DNA of 64,000 bases from Hormiphora californensis (lineage: Eukaryota > Animalia > Ctenophora). The DNA is taken from NCBI GenBank assembly GCA_020137815.1, contig CM035351.1:1550001-1614000 (forward strand). Direction: 5' to 3'. Under the pieces are notes generated by a model. The model was given only the letters and a program-made list of their open reading frames with translations, ran no database searches and was not told the origin of the DNA. The translations under genes and the position numbers were made by a program. Each line of letters begins with the position of its first letter. Positions within the stretch are counted from its first letter, which is position 1. Below, one piece after another: positions 44,940 through 58,307 of this stretch.

Positions 44940-44950
44940 TGACTGACTGA
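44765..44950. repeat. (GACA)n microsatellite
   Basis: Direct reading. Confidence 0.95.
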
Positions 44951-45096
44951 AACTGAAACAGTGCATGGGGTGATATTATATGATTGTTGGAAAATGTTTA
45001 TTGTTAATGTCTGAGAGTTTTATGATTATATTTCTTTTGTGAGAACAGTATTTATTTCCAATGATCCTCATCTCATTACCCCCATGGAATAGTGAC

Positions 45097-48000
45097 ATGG
45101 CAGGTGCTGGATTTAGAGCACTGTGTGATGAATATGTCAGGAAACTGGGAAGTTCCACTACCAGGACCCTGGCGGATGTGAACTCTCTGATGACGGGGAG
45201 CAAAGGAACAGATCAGGAGAAGAAGACATGTCTTGATGTTGCTCTGAGAAAGGCTGTCTTCAAGAAGGTACAAAAACATACACTAACGAAGTTTAGTTTT
45301 TCTCTGTCCGACTGGACAAGGTGAGACTGGTTTTGTTGTATAATGACATCAGAACAGTATCAGAACAATCATTTATACAACAATGTATATGTAACTGCCC
45401 CCACCCTGTAACTACCCCCCCCCCCCCGGCACCAGGTTGAGGGAAGTGACGAGGAGGTAAAGAGTTATATTGACCTGTCCTTCCAATGCACCAGATCTGG
45501 CTGTGCCTCAGCAACTACACCCTTCTTTGTGCTAGCTGATGTATTCGACTGTCTAACTCTAGAGAGATGTGCCAATGTGTTCTGGTGAGTTACCTATATA
45601 CTTCACAACAATCCGGGGATGGGGTAGAACTTGGTTAAAACATTGTGCTGTATGTCACCAGCATCCGGCATCCCTTATCAAACTAAGCACTTGAAGATTC
45701 AAAAGTAGAAAAAGTGTAAATTATACCAGTCTACACAGAAGACTATAATATCACAAATCACACAAATAGGTTCGTCCTAGTTTACAGAGACCCTTGGCTA
45801 TCCATCACCCGATCTCCAGAGTTCCTTCTCTCCATGCTCACAGTACCCTTACATGCTCTTGTGTATCCACATTAGGACGAGTAAAGGTCAACCTCTCGTA
45901 AATTGGTTCTTCGTAGCTGTCCAATGGAGGAAGTTCCACCCTCTCAATGGGAATGACAGGGGGTGATCTGGATCTGTATCGCACCAGATAGTTAATAACA
46001 GAGAGTAGGGCGAGCACAACCAACACGGCCGATAGTATACCAAACACGTAGAATCCCATTCTTTGGGATGTTTCATCATCATCATCATTTTCCACCTCAA
46101 TTTGTCCCGGAGGGGGTTCTTCTTCAGGTTCTTCCAAGATGATGACTTGGGTTGTTTCCTTTCCAGTTACAGTGTTAGTTGCTGTTATCATAACTTGTTT
46201 GGTGGTGTTCAGATCCACAGTGATAGTCGTGTTTTGTTGGTAACCAGCTTCCACTGTTCCGTTCTTTATCTCAGTGCCGTCTGCAAACCAGGATACTTTA
46301 ACTGGGTCCAGGGATGTTATCGCAGCTGTCACGTTGTTCTCAGTCTGTTTTAGTCGGTCAAGTCTTGGTGTGTCACAGCTGTGTTCACATATTGCTAGGT
46401 AGGAACACCCTGCACTAACTGTTAGGGACCAGTCGCTCTTTAGAAACAATTCTCGATCTGTGTTGGAAACGTCTTTAGGAAAGGGTAACATTTCAGGCTT
46501 GGTATCACCTCGGTATACTATACCAAATGTGTTTCCGACTCCAAAACATTCTAATTCCAATGACACCTGATCCTGTCACATTGATCAAATGGCGGCTCAT
46601 ATGAGACCCATGGAAGAGACGCGGTTTCAAATTGGAATACACAAGTTGAGCTAAACGTTGGTTCAAGTTAAACTGAAGAGATTGCAATGAGTTTGTAATG
46701 TTTTTGAGGGTGACGGTACACCATCCACCCACAGGTATCAGTACAGTTCCATTGGTTAGGGATCCTGTCCGTAGTAGTTGTCCTGGTGATGTCACTTTAC
46801 TACACCCATCAAGGTCACACAACCCTGTAGCTAAGCTGGTGTGTACCTGGTAAGAAAAGACAAGATACGAAGAACACAGGAACAGCAACATGAGCACTGG
46901 GAGAGAAAGGGGGAGAGAGAGAGTGTGTGTGAGAGAGAGAGCACTTCCCTGTTACTCAGCTGTCGATACCATGATATATTGTTTTACAAGTTTTTCTTTG
47001 AGTAGAGAAAAACTAAAGTTTAGAAAAGACAAAATATAAAATCAAGATCAATCACATGCGTCACATTATATCACCAAAAAAAACTCAAAAAGCATAACCT
47101 ACTCAAAATGTTTTTCGCAGTCTCTAAAAGTCAAAAGATGGCCAAGGAACTCTCGTATAGGGGTTCCTCAGAGTCCAGGTGGACAGGTGTAAACTCTTTG
47201 GGTGGCCGGTATGTCCGGAACCCAGGTCTCACCACCGTTCTGTCCAGCTGGTCGTACACCCCATCAGGTTTCTGTCGAGGTGAGGTTCGGACCACGAGAT
47301 CAGCGTACACGGGATCCTCCTCATCAGGGTTGGGGTGGGAGGTAGTGGGGATGCTCTCTACTGGTGGGGGCGAGGGAGGGTGAGTCACTCGTGGGATCTT
47401 CCTGATGGCTTTGTGGTAGAGGGTGACTAACAGGATACCACCTACCACCAGGATCACCAGAATACAGGATCCGATAATGTACCATACACGACTTGACTGG
47501 TCCTCTATAACGCTATCATCATCTGGGTCCTCATCTGGATCGTCCTTCGTGGTCAGGTCGATTAATTGGGTTGTTTCCTTTCCAGTTACAGTGTTAGTTA
47601 CTGTTATCATAACTTGTTGTGTGGTATTCAGATCCACAGTGATAGTCGTGTTTTGTTGGTAACCAGGTTCCACTGTTCCGTTCTTTATCTCAGTGCCGTC
47701 TGCAAACCAGGATACCTTAACTGGGTCCAGGGATGATATCACAGCTGTGACGTTGTTCCCAGTCTTCTGTAGAGGTTCAAGTCCTGGTGTGTCACAGGAA
47801 CATATCGCTAGATAGGAACACCCTGCAATTTCAGAGAGGGACCATTCGCTCTCTAGAAACGTTTCTCTATCAGCTTTGGAAATAATATTTGGAAATGTTA
47901 GTTTTTTAGGAATGGTGTCTTTTTCATAGACAAAACCAAACAATTTTCCACTCCAAACCATTCTAATTCCAGGCAAATTTAATCCTGTCACATTGGTAGT

Positions 48001-51000
48001 ATCAAGATGGTTCTTCAAATTCACTGTATTAGAGTCATGCACCAGTTGAGCTAAACTTCTATTTAAGTTTAACTGGAGTAGTACGTTGGATTCTGTCACA
48101 TTCTCTAGCGAGATGCTGCAGTTATCGCCCACAGGTATCAGCACAGTTCCATTGGTGAGATGTAGTAGTTGTCCAGGTGTGTCCACATGACTGCATTCAT
48201 CGATATCACACACTTTCGTAGCATTCAGATCCGTGTACGTGTATACACCTTTTAGAAGAATAAAATAAAACCAAAACAGCAGCAACATGATGAGTGTATC
48301 ATGAGGCCAATGTATTATGTTCCTGTTGTTTTCATCATCTCAATGTCAAGTTTTGTATTCCCCTATTATATATTTGGTTCGTGATTCGTCACGTGCTCCA
48401 TCATCATCATCATTATATAATCATGATGATAATACGCTTCTTATAAAATGGGTTTTACATTTGTGTGGGTGTTTTGTTAGAAACGATCTCAATAAGAATA
48501 AATCACGATCGTCCTCCCAAACAATAGTCTCGAGCTGAAAGGGAGATCTGACCCCCTTTATTCTAGCTACAGTCGGACCCCGATTTACCGGGCCCCGATT
48601 TACTGGAACCCCGATTTACCGGGAGGATAAACTTCCCCCGATATAAGAAATTGACGATATTTTGCCCCGATATACCGGGCACCCCGATTTACCGGGCAAA
48701 CCCCTTTCCCCCGAGCATCCCGGTAAATCGGGGTCCGACTAATGTATAATAGGGGGAACGTGAGAGATTGTGATCTAACCCCCTCTATTTCAGCTATGTA
48801 GAGGAGAAAAGTGGGCAGTTCGTCAAAGAACCGACTGGAAACAGGAATATGATCCTACGATTATGTAATGACCTAATAAGAAGATGCAGCAAATCAATAA
48901 ACAACCTCTTCTGTGGTCGCATCCAAATAATCCTTGCTAAGATATTCCCTATTACTGAGAGGTGAGATTTTGAAGAATGTGTTCCTTATGTCGCGGCTGT
49001 TGGTTACGAAATAAACCATCGTCTTTCGAGCACTGGCAAGGGCCTTGTCGCAAGGGAGGGGTAACCTCGTTACCAAGCTATATTTATCAATATCTCTCCA
49101 GGTCTGGTTTGAATCTGCAGTCCCAGTTCAACCTAGAGAATGTAACTGAGTACAGTAACACACATGATGAAGATGTTACCATGGAAACTGAAACTAAAGA
49201 GGTAAAGTTACCTGATCAGTTACATAATTAGCTACACTATCAATTATATAATCAGTTACATAGTTAGTTGTACTATCAGTTACATAGTTAGTTGCACTAT
49301 CAGTTACGTTGTTTATCTTTTCCAGATTTCGTTTATGTTTTACAAGACGCTCTGGTCAATGCAGGACTACTTCAGAAATCCCAACCAAATATCAAACGAT
49401 GCAAACTGGAAGAAAATGGAAGGTATCTTTATAGACCTCTATACTGCAGGAATTTGTTGTGCATTCTACAGTTTCCAGTATGGGTAATTAACATAAATAT
49501 TATTCCTTCAGATACCGTAAATGAGATCTGTCGGATCTTTGAAAATTACAAGCATGAGGGGAGTGAGCAAGTTTCGAAGGATGAGGCATACTTTGCTAAG
49601 TTCCTCACCAGTGAGAGACTCCTTACTCTCCAGATCATGGACTCCAACTTCCGTCGTCACATCCTGGTCCAGATCCTCACCCTGTTTCACTACCTTACTG
49701 GAGATGTCAAGTTCAGACCTAACAAACTGGTACGCGCGAGTTGTTCCATACAGCCCTCTCCGCGCCATTCCCTCTCATACGCGCGGCTCAGTCTTCAATT
49801 GTTCAGTTGCAGAATGTGATGTGAAGATGTGAACACGGACCACAGTTCTAAAAGATCAAGCATGGCTCTTTCTAGACTCTATCTCTAAATTTCTAACGAT
49901 GATGACTAGTTTCTTCGGTGAAACTTCACCATAGAAGCATTGGAGAGATCTCAAAAACCCTCCATCCCCCAGATATTGTCTGAGCCCCGGAAGTTTTGGA
50001 TACGAGACACCACCAACAACATCTACTCCATCTTGTCCGAAACACCCCCTGATGGCCCACAATTTGTTAAACATATCAAATCTGTTCTGAGGTACGAGGA
50101 GAAATGGAGCAAATGGAAGAATGAGGGATGTCCCTCCCTCTCTAAACCTGCAGAAAAGGTTTGTTTAGTAGTATGGGTATATTCCATTATTCTCTTTTAT
50201 ACAGGGGTATGTGATGCTTACAGAGGCATGTAATAACTCCTGTCAGCAATAATACAGAGATATTTAGTTTTGTATACCAAATCGTTCCCTATTTATACCA
50301 CCTGTGCGCTGGATCGTCTCTTTAAGAATTTCTCGACACACACCTGGTGAAACTAACACTACTGTCCAAATCATGCAACACCCATACGTTAAAGCATGCA
50401 TCTCATGACTCATGTCCTATTCAAATCTTAAGATTAAAGTAATATCTCCTGTTCAGACAAAACAGCAACAAAAGGGTGTACGAAGAACGGTTCGAGCGAT
50501 GGATTTGAATTCCGAGAAGTTTGATCTTGGTAACCCGACCCTGAATGAACTGTGGAACATCTGCCCGGATAACCTGGCGGCCTGCCAAGATTCTAACAGG
50601 AACTTCACCCCTGATGTAGGTGTTTGCGGTAGAAATGGTCTGATAGAAATCAATTTCCGGTAGTCACACCGCCAAATTATAATTGTTTTTTTTGGCCATG
50701 ATCTCTACCAATTCCGTCTCCCACACTTTCTTTCGCTATAATTCAAGATATCTCTCCAATATCACCGGCCATCCCTCGCATCTTTCCCTTCATGAATCTC
50801 TAACCAGTAACCATCCCTCCCCTCTCTCCCTTACTTTATTACCGACCATCCCTTCTTTCCCAGACGTACAAGTTCTTTGAGGAATGTATCGAGCAGTTAG
50901 AGCCGGACTCTGGAGTTGAGAAGCAGTACTACCTGACCAATGACACGGCATTTGTTTGGCGCAGTCTGCGTCTCCTGGCACAACAATCTCACCCTTACTT

Positions 51001-51112
51001 CCAGCACATTCAGAACACTAAAAACCTGACCCTTACTGACAATCTGCAGAACATAGTAACAATTATCGGGAAAGAATACAAGAAAGAAAATGGGGTCATG
51101 GAGTGTAACTAG
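45097..51112 (+). CDS. THOC1: THO complex subunit 1 (multi-exon; exon 2 boundaries uncertain)
   Basis: EKKTCLD, TPFFVLADVFDCL, LRLCNDLIRR, FCGRIQ, SGLNLQSQFNLENVT, WSMQDYFRNP, YFAKFLTS, WSKWKNEGCP, WRSLRLLA. Confidence 0.92.
45838..46891 (-). pseudogene. Nested intronless type I membrane Ig-like protein paralogue with 1-bp frameshift (~46537)
   Basis: ORFs 46505-46897 and 45838-46566 together align to 47131-48288; extra base in TGG AGT C GGA. Confidence 0.75.
47131..48288 (-). CDS. Nested intronless type I membrane protein (signal peptide, Cys-containing N-domain, Ig-like domain, TM, Tyr-motif tail), 385 aa
   Basis: Hydrophobic N-terminus; VKVSWFADG..I...T..ATN..G Ig/PKD-like strands; TM WYIIGSCILVILVVGGILLVTLY; EDPVYADL, GVYDQL, EEPLYE. 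Confidence 0.8.
   Translation of the reverse strand: MLLLFWFYFILLKGVYTYTDLNATKVCDIDECSHVDTPGQLLHLTNGTVLIPVGDNCSISLENVTESNVLLQLNLNRSLAQLVHDSNTVNLKNHLDTTNVTGLNLPGIRMVWSGKLFGFVYEKDTIPKKLTFPNIISKADRETFLESEWSLSEIAGCSYLAICSCDTPGLEPLQKTGNNVTAVISSLDPVKVSWFADGTEIKNGTVEPGYQQNTTITVDLNTTQQVMITVTNTVTGKETTQLIDLTTKDDPDEDPDDDSVIEDQSSRVWYIIGSCILVILVVGGILLVTLYHKAIRKIPRVTHPPSPPPVESIPTTSHPNPDEEDPVYADLVVRTSPRQKPDGVYDQLDRTVVRPGFRTYRPPKEFTPVHLDSEEPLYESSLAIF
48570..48740. mobile_element. Tc1/pogo-type MITE, same family as 2321-2992
   Basis: CAGTCGGACCCCGATTTACCGG ... CCGGTAAATCGGGGTCCGACT. Confidence 0.8.
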
Positions 51113-51348
51113 GTAGACCCCTCCCGACAAATATATTATTATCTAGAGAGGACGTTGGTAGAACCTTGTATACATCGAGGAGGGCTGCATGTGGTATTGT
51201 TCGCTTGTAACGGAGCGTGTGCCTTTGTCACCATATGTTCTCTCATCTTTTTACCCCAGCCCAAAGAGACGCGTGATATTTCTCGTATAGTATGCAACGG
51301 AGGGATGGTATGCTGGTGCGATTCAGGAAGAGCGAGCGCACACTCGAG

Positions 51349-51431
<83 letters not shown>

Positions 51432-51729
51432 ATAGAGAAAGAGGGAGACATGGAGATTATGTTCTTCCTTCCATACCGAACTTCCCTCTCTTCCATTTTC
51501 TCTCCTCTCTCTTCCAAAGATTGGAGAATGCCCACTTGGCGGTGCTGTTCAAGAGCACATGATATTCGCAGCTCCCTCCTCCTACATCTGATTGTATCGA
51601 ATGCTCTGTTATCATGTCATTCATCTAGTATCTCATACCGCCTTTCTTCATCATAGAGTGATCTCTATTGTTGGTGGTTGACCCTCTAAAGATCCTTATT
51701 CTATCTCTCTTTTATATGCCATTCCGGCT

Positions 51730-51807
<78 letters not shown>

Positions 51808-52465
51808 CGTATCAACATCCAACTCTCCAGCCCACATATCCGCTCATTCAAAAGTACCTGCACCTACAATGCCTCCCTGTAAACACTGCATCTCTATTCC
51901 TTGTGGGCCCAAGGCACACCGTTTAGATGATTAAACCACCACGCTTTCATGATGCAGTTATTAAGACAACAGTGTCACTGGCCCATTTAATTACACCACC
52001 CCACCCCCCTATTCAGTTTTGTTACAACTCTTTTGTGAGTCATGCTGCGCCGAGCGACTCACAAAAGAGTTAAATTAATGTGTGTCCCTTTTCCCTAAAA
52101 ACTATACCCCTGGCTGTATGTGATATTAGTTGTCCCCGCTGTTTCGAGTAACAACTATTCCCACTTTCCTCTCTTTGTCAATACCCCACGGCGGCTACAT
52201 CACTGGTCTATATCACATATATATGCCGGCAGCATTTAATGTAGAAAATACACATGTTCTCTGCGTTTAGCCACTCCTTTTCCTCTTCAGTCCCTCCTTT
52301 CCAGTCGCCCCACGTCTCTGCTACTCAAACCGTGGCGGCGCTGTCAAATTGTAGCATATTTATGCACGCACAGTAATTATGAATAAGAGATTGTATGTTA
52401 GCAGTGCACCTTTCTTCTTGGGCCTCCATGCATCTCTGCAGGATCTCTCATGATTTATCTCTCTT

Positions 52466-52546
<81 letters not shown>

Positions 52547-52708
52547 CCCCTCGCACTCGCTTACTCCTACCTATATATGTTATATGCTATATGCTAATCT
52601 TTCTGTGTCTGGATTTTAGCTAGGTGACCTAGTACTATGATAGTATACTAGTGGCTTAGGTCTCCAATCTCGCCGTCTTTGATCCTGTCCTTCTCTCTCT
52701 CTCTCTCA

Positions 52709-52808
<100 letters not shown>

Positions 52809-53032
52809 CCTGATCATCAGGGGCACGTGTACCATGATAGTCGCCTCCTCCCTGTGGTTTGTCAGTGATTGTGGGCGGTGTTTGTTGTTTTACTACACAG
52901 CGTCACTGCATGGCAATTGCGGGTAAAAATAGGCGACCATCGGCCAGATAGTTTGACACCTTTTTCAGTCGATATTCTAACAACAATTAACACGTCCCCG
53001 TTTTCTAGTCAGCTACTACTACTTTTTTGAAA

Positions 53033-54991
53033 ATGAGGTGTCTCCTGCTGTTAGCCTGCTTTATCCTTCCAGGTTCGTGTTTTATCCTTACCGAGATAAT
53101 ATCCCATATATCAGATATATCTTCGTTGCATTATTTTCCACATGTGGTTTTGAAAACAATGTCGGGGTGTTACTGTTATTACACCCTTGCGAGTCCCGAT
53201 AGGACCAATGACCAAGATCAAACCCACCGATTCACACTTTTGTTCCCCAACTCCATGTGATAATATCTCTGCAATATATTGTCCCGGATATATTGAATTT
53301 GAACAATGAACATCTTGGGGTGTGTCACAGGTCCAGTTTACACGTGCATTCACGTCCCTGTGCTGGCTTGATGACTTGTTGAATAACAAGTGATATGGCA
53401 CTTATCCATGTGTCCACCCAGCCCCGTGTAAACCGGGTGTAAACCACGTGTTAACCTATCTATAATTGGACCCCTTGGCCCCTCTGACTAACGATCTGTC
53501 CTCTCCCCCTCTATCTCTCACCTAAACCACCGTATAACCTACTGAATCTCTCCCTATCACACCGTATATCTCTCACTGCCCATGTTTTTTTACTCCTCTC
53601 TCAGCTCTCTCTCACTCCCCCATGTTCCTCTCAGGAGTGTTAAGTATTTCCTGTTACCAATGTGGCAACTTCGCTGTGTCTGATAAATGTGAGCTGAAGA
53701 AGGTACGTAGTAAAGTTCATTCCACTGTCAGTGTGATGTCATGAGAATTGGGATTTTAATAACTGCTTGTACCCTATTTTCGTTTTTAAAGTTCTGATCA
53801 AGGATTAATTCATTCACCTGAATTGGTGTTGAATAGTTAACCGTTACTACCTCTCTCTCCCCAGACATGCAGCAGATCAGCTGAGGACTCTTGTTATGTG
53901 GCTATTCAGTATCACGATGATGGATCCAAATATTACCAGGCAGGTACTATTTATATTATTACACCACTAAAACATAACCATGGGTGTTGTTTTGGGTGAT
54001 GGGATAGGAAACTCAGACTCACACCGAACTGTGTGCCACAGTGTGGTCGAGGGAGCCACCAGCTTCGACTTGTTAGTTGTATGTCAATGACCATGAGAGC
54101 TCATGGTGCGTTACGATCCAGGTATGTACCTGTCTTCTAACCTCTGGTATTCTGGGCGACTTATAATTGCTGGCTATATTTCTTCTCCCATGCACGACCC
54201 CTAATTCTCCATCTTTCTGCTTTCTTTCTCTCTCATTCCTATCCTATGTATTCCTTCACTCTCTCTTCATTGTCCTATTCTGAACTCTCTCTCTCTCCTA
54301 TCCTGGCCATGTCTCCAATAATTTCCATAATCATTGGGGTGTATCATCTGGTGATTGGTATTCAGTAGATTCCATTGTTCTGTCGTCCCCAATTGGCAGA
54401 CCCAAACCGTCTGTATTACTTCTCAATGTACTAGATCAAAAAGAAATACATGACTATAAAATATTAGTTTACGATACTATCAGATCATTGGCCTGACCCT
54501 ATTCTCAAGAACAGCGGTCAGAGCATTGGCCTCACAGTTACGATAGGAATTAGGAAATCCCTGAAACAAATCATGCCCGTCTCTTCAGGTTGTGCCATTG
54601 CCGATGTAGGAACTTGTACCTGTGCCCAAAATGGATGTCAAGACACCACCAAAGATAGTGAAATGCAGTGTTGCTCCGGAGACAACTGCAATGAGTTCTA
54701 CAAACTGCCGTGAGTGGGGTTTTTTAGGTAGCAATCATCACATTTATTTATCAATATCATTTGGAGTGAGTTTCCTATTTACTGACACTTCTCTTAGCTT
54801 CGTCCTCCCAATTCAGAAACGACGACAGTAAGAAACCTCCCTACAACAACGGTACTAAGCCTGATGATGGAGGTGATGGAGGACAGCAGGAAGAAGTAAA
54901 GGATAATGATGATACGGATAACAAAAGTAGCACAGTTTCAAGGACTCTACATGGTCTGTTTGTGGTGCTTCTAGTCAAGTTATTAGTGTAA
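53033..54991 (+). CDS. Secreted/GPI-anchored Ly6/uPAR (three-finger) domain protein, 5 exons
   Basis: MRCLLLLACFILP|GVLSISCYQC...C|TC...SCY...|GC...CCSGDNCN|acidic linker, hydrophobic C-terminus LFVVLLVKLLV. Confidence 0.8.
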
Positions 54992-55639
54992 TTTGAGGGG
55001 ATCGTTTGGAAGTTTTATAGACATTTTTGACAAATAATTAGAGAAGAAGATTGTTGAGTGTGGACAGAAGTTCTTTAAATAGAACGTAATTCTAATTAAA
55101 GTTAATCTGGTAGACTTAAACAAGCTTGCCGCTATTTTACCATTTAATTGTCATTTGTTTTCATTTCCTAATGTTCTTGTTTAATTATTGGTTGGTAAGG
55201 AGGTGAAAACATTTGATAATAAAAGTCTTATGAAGGCACTTGTCAGCGCACTAAAAAGTCGGCGCGCAAATAATTTGAGCGCGTTTTACAACTTAGCGGC
55301 GCGCGCGCACCTAAAAATTGGCATGAAATTCGATTCATAAAAATTCGAATTTTTTAAATTTCGATTTTAATTTTTTACTTTTCTGGTTGGGATGCGCTGC
55401 AGACCCCAAGTGCGCGCGTTTTCCACGGCTTCTTTAGGTTGGAATGCGCTGCAGCCCCCTCATGCTGCAACGTATGCCAAGACTTTAGGGCCTGTAGCAT
55501 AGGCCAACTTTTCTGGCGTCCGTCTGGCGCCATCCAGTTGTGCAAACTGGAACAATTCCCCATGAAAACCTCCCTCTGTCCGAGAACGTTCTGTAGATGG
55601 AGATAAACTTTTGCTTGAAATCCCCCATCCAAATTACAA

Positions 55640-55780
55640 GACAACTGATCGTGCATTCAGCGTATCGGGACCTCGACTATGGAACAAACTGCCAAGAGAA
55701 TTGCGTGAATCAGAGACTCTAAAACGTTTTAAAGTGGATCTAAAGACGTTTTTGTTCTGTAGGGCTTTTGGTGTGTAAGG
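55640..55780 (+). mobile_element. L2/CR1-type LINE ORF2 C-terminal fragment
   Basis: RAFSVSGPRLWNKLPRELRESETLKRFKVDLKTFLF. Confidence 0.7.
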
Positions 55781-56115
55781 AGCTGAAATGTCCATTGTGA
55801 AAATAGGAATCCGTTGAATTTCTAGAGTTAGTAGGAGCCAGGAGATATAGAGGAGGTTGTTTGTGTGTCTGGTGGTCAGTTGTATACTTATTATTGTGTG
55901 TGTTCTAGGAAGTGGAGATTTGGGAGTTGATTGGTTTCTTTTATGTGACGGATCCCCAGAACTCGGTAAAAAAAGAGCCTGGGTTAAAAAATCAAAAAAG
56001 CAAAGAAAAAAAAATTAAAAAAAAAAGAAAAAAAAAATCAAAAAATCAAAAAAAAAAAAAATCAAAAAATCAAAAAATCAAAAAGAGGCAATAATAAAAA
56101 GAAAAATTAAAATAA

Positions 56116-56148
<33 letters not shown>

Positions 56149-56184
56149 AGCCCACCCTTCTTTCTCTCAACCTCTTTTCTTCTA

Positions 56185-56223
<39 letters not shown>

Positions 56224-56981
56224 TGTATGTCTGTGTGTGCGTGTGTGTGTATGTTTGTATGTATGTGTGTGTTTGTTCTCTTTCTCGAGCGGTTAAGGGA
56301 ACAGGATCTTCACTTCATCTGGACCTTATTTGGCATGGTTCTAAGAAGTTTCACTCTATCACGGCCATGGGCCAAACTGGATATCACATCACAATGTTGC
56401 CAAAAGGGATTTGAAGTCTTATCGTTCACTATCATACTCTGCAAGACACGAGTAAACCATTTTTCAAGACCAAGCTCAACATTAAACCTGATTAAGACCT
56501 CATCTTTTACATGACGTGCACACCTTATTGAGACTGGTGTAGTAATTTTTTACGTTGAGATCTATGGCCTCTGTTGCGCTATATTTTTCTAGACTTTTGT
56601 ATGATTCTATCTTATGCTGTTTTGATTAACTTATTAACTATTTATTAACTATTTATTAATTATATGTGACAGTTTATGCTGTTTTTTAATTAACTTATTA
56701 TGTATGTATTTAATTATATGACAACGAGGACTTTCGGAAGGACATTGATACGAAGATGCGCTTTAGAAAGCGAGTTTTGATCGAAAGGACGCTTTAGTAT
56801 AAGTCGATCGAGATAAACACTTTTCGCTCAAAAGCGATTTATAAATGTTAAATGTTATTGTTGTTGTTGTTATTGTATCCAGTCAAGTGTAGAAATATCG
56901 TTCTGTAGAGTATATCACGATATGGGAATTTTGAAAATTCAATTTTCCAGCGGCTGGAGTCCAGCCATTTCCTATAATCTT

Positions 56982-58307
56982 CTTTAAACAAACAAACAAA
57001 TTAATTTGAGTTTCAGCAACATGGCGATGTAACGGCCCCAAAGGGCAGAACGTAAGATAATGGCAGACGAACAACGAGAATTGGACTTTGCTGTAAGACG
57101 GATTCTGACGCTGGCCAAAAGTGGAGAGAGCTCTGTCGCTGGCAATGTCTTAAAAAAGTGCAGGAGCAGTCCAGATTTCAACGATGCTGAAATACCGTCA
57201 TCAGTTAAAATCAACTCTGTACACACGAAATATGAGCTAAAGCAACTGATTGAAGAAATGAGCTTTGCAACGTTTATTGTTCTAAAACACTTTGAGCGTC
57301 ATATCTTTGCCGAGAAATCCCCTGAGATGGTACTCAAAGAGGAGCGAGATGAACTCAAAGAGGAGCGAGATGAACTGTTGAGAAAATCTCTCGAGTTGCA
57401 GGAGCAGGAGGAGAAGTTGAAAGTGGAGTGTGATGATCTTTTGAGAAGAACTGTCAAGTTACAAGAGCAGGTTATTGAGCTTCAGGGCGAGCAACTGAAT
57501 CGAGTTACCGAGACGGTACAGAAAGATTTGCGTACTTTCTCTGCAGTCGTCACACAGAATTGTAAGACTGCGTTTGCATCGAAAAAGATCCAGAAAGCCG
57601 TGGAAAAGGTCACGCACAAGCCAGTTGATACCGGCCCAGACAGATCGAAAAATCTGATGGTGTTTGGTCTACCGGAATGTGAGGATGAAACTGAATCTGT
57701 GTTAAAGGGTGAAGTGGAAAATGTTTTTGCTGAGCTAGGCGAGAAACCGACCATAGAAGCTAGAAGGGTGGGTTTGAAACGGGGAGGAAGGGAGAGACCA
57801 GTGATTGTGAAGCTACAGTCTACATATCCCTTGCAAGATATACACCGCAGTACGATTCTAACTGTTTTAGCTGCTTTGCCTTCTGGAGAAGGCTCAGCAG
57901 CATTTCCCTACTCTGAGAGTAGGGAAATGCTTGTATTGTTCATACTATTATTTTTTTAATAAGGGCGCGGGGGAGGTGCAACAGCACAAGGAAATGCTGC
58001 TGAGCCTTCTCCAGAAGGCAAAGCAGCTAAAACAGTTAGAATCGTACTGCGGTGTATATCTTGCAAGGGATATGTCCTTCGCAGAGAGAAGTGAGAGGAG
58101 AGAACTCCACCAAACGTTGAAGGAGTTGAGGGACTCGAATCCTGGAGGCCAATTCCGGGTACGGAGGGGGGTGATAGACTTTTCATAATGGGTATCTTCA
58201 ATGAACTTTAATATCTATCGGTAACCCGTATTTGCCCACAAAAAAGGGGCTTATTTATACAATCAAATTGTGTAAATTATATAGATTTAATAATAATATA
58301 AAAAAAA
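56982..58307 (+). mobile_element. SL-capped ORF1-only retroelement, copy 2 (ORF disrupted at ~57819-57990)
   Basis: High identity to 6608-7772; starts with CTTTAAAC(AAAC)2AAATTAATTTGAG then TTTCAG; A-rich tail. Confidence 0.85.

Noticed and set aside
54010-54135. U1 snRNA-like sequence on minus strand (ACATACCTGG...)
   Set aside because: Match limited to the donor-complementary end; U1 loops and Sm site not found
55268-55279. Additional SL relics (AATAATTTGAG; also ~54989, ~61200)
   Set aside because: Too short and AT-rich, no associated insertion
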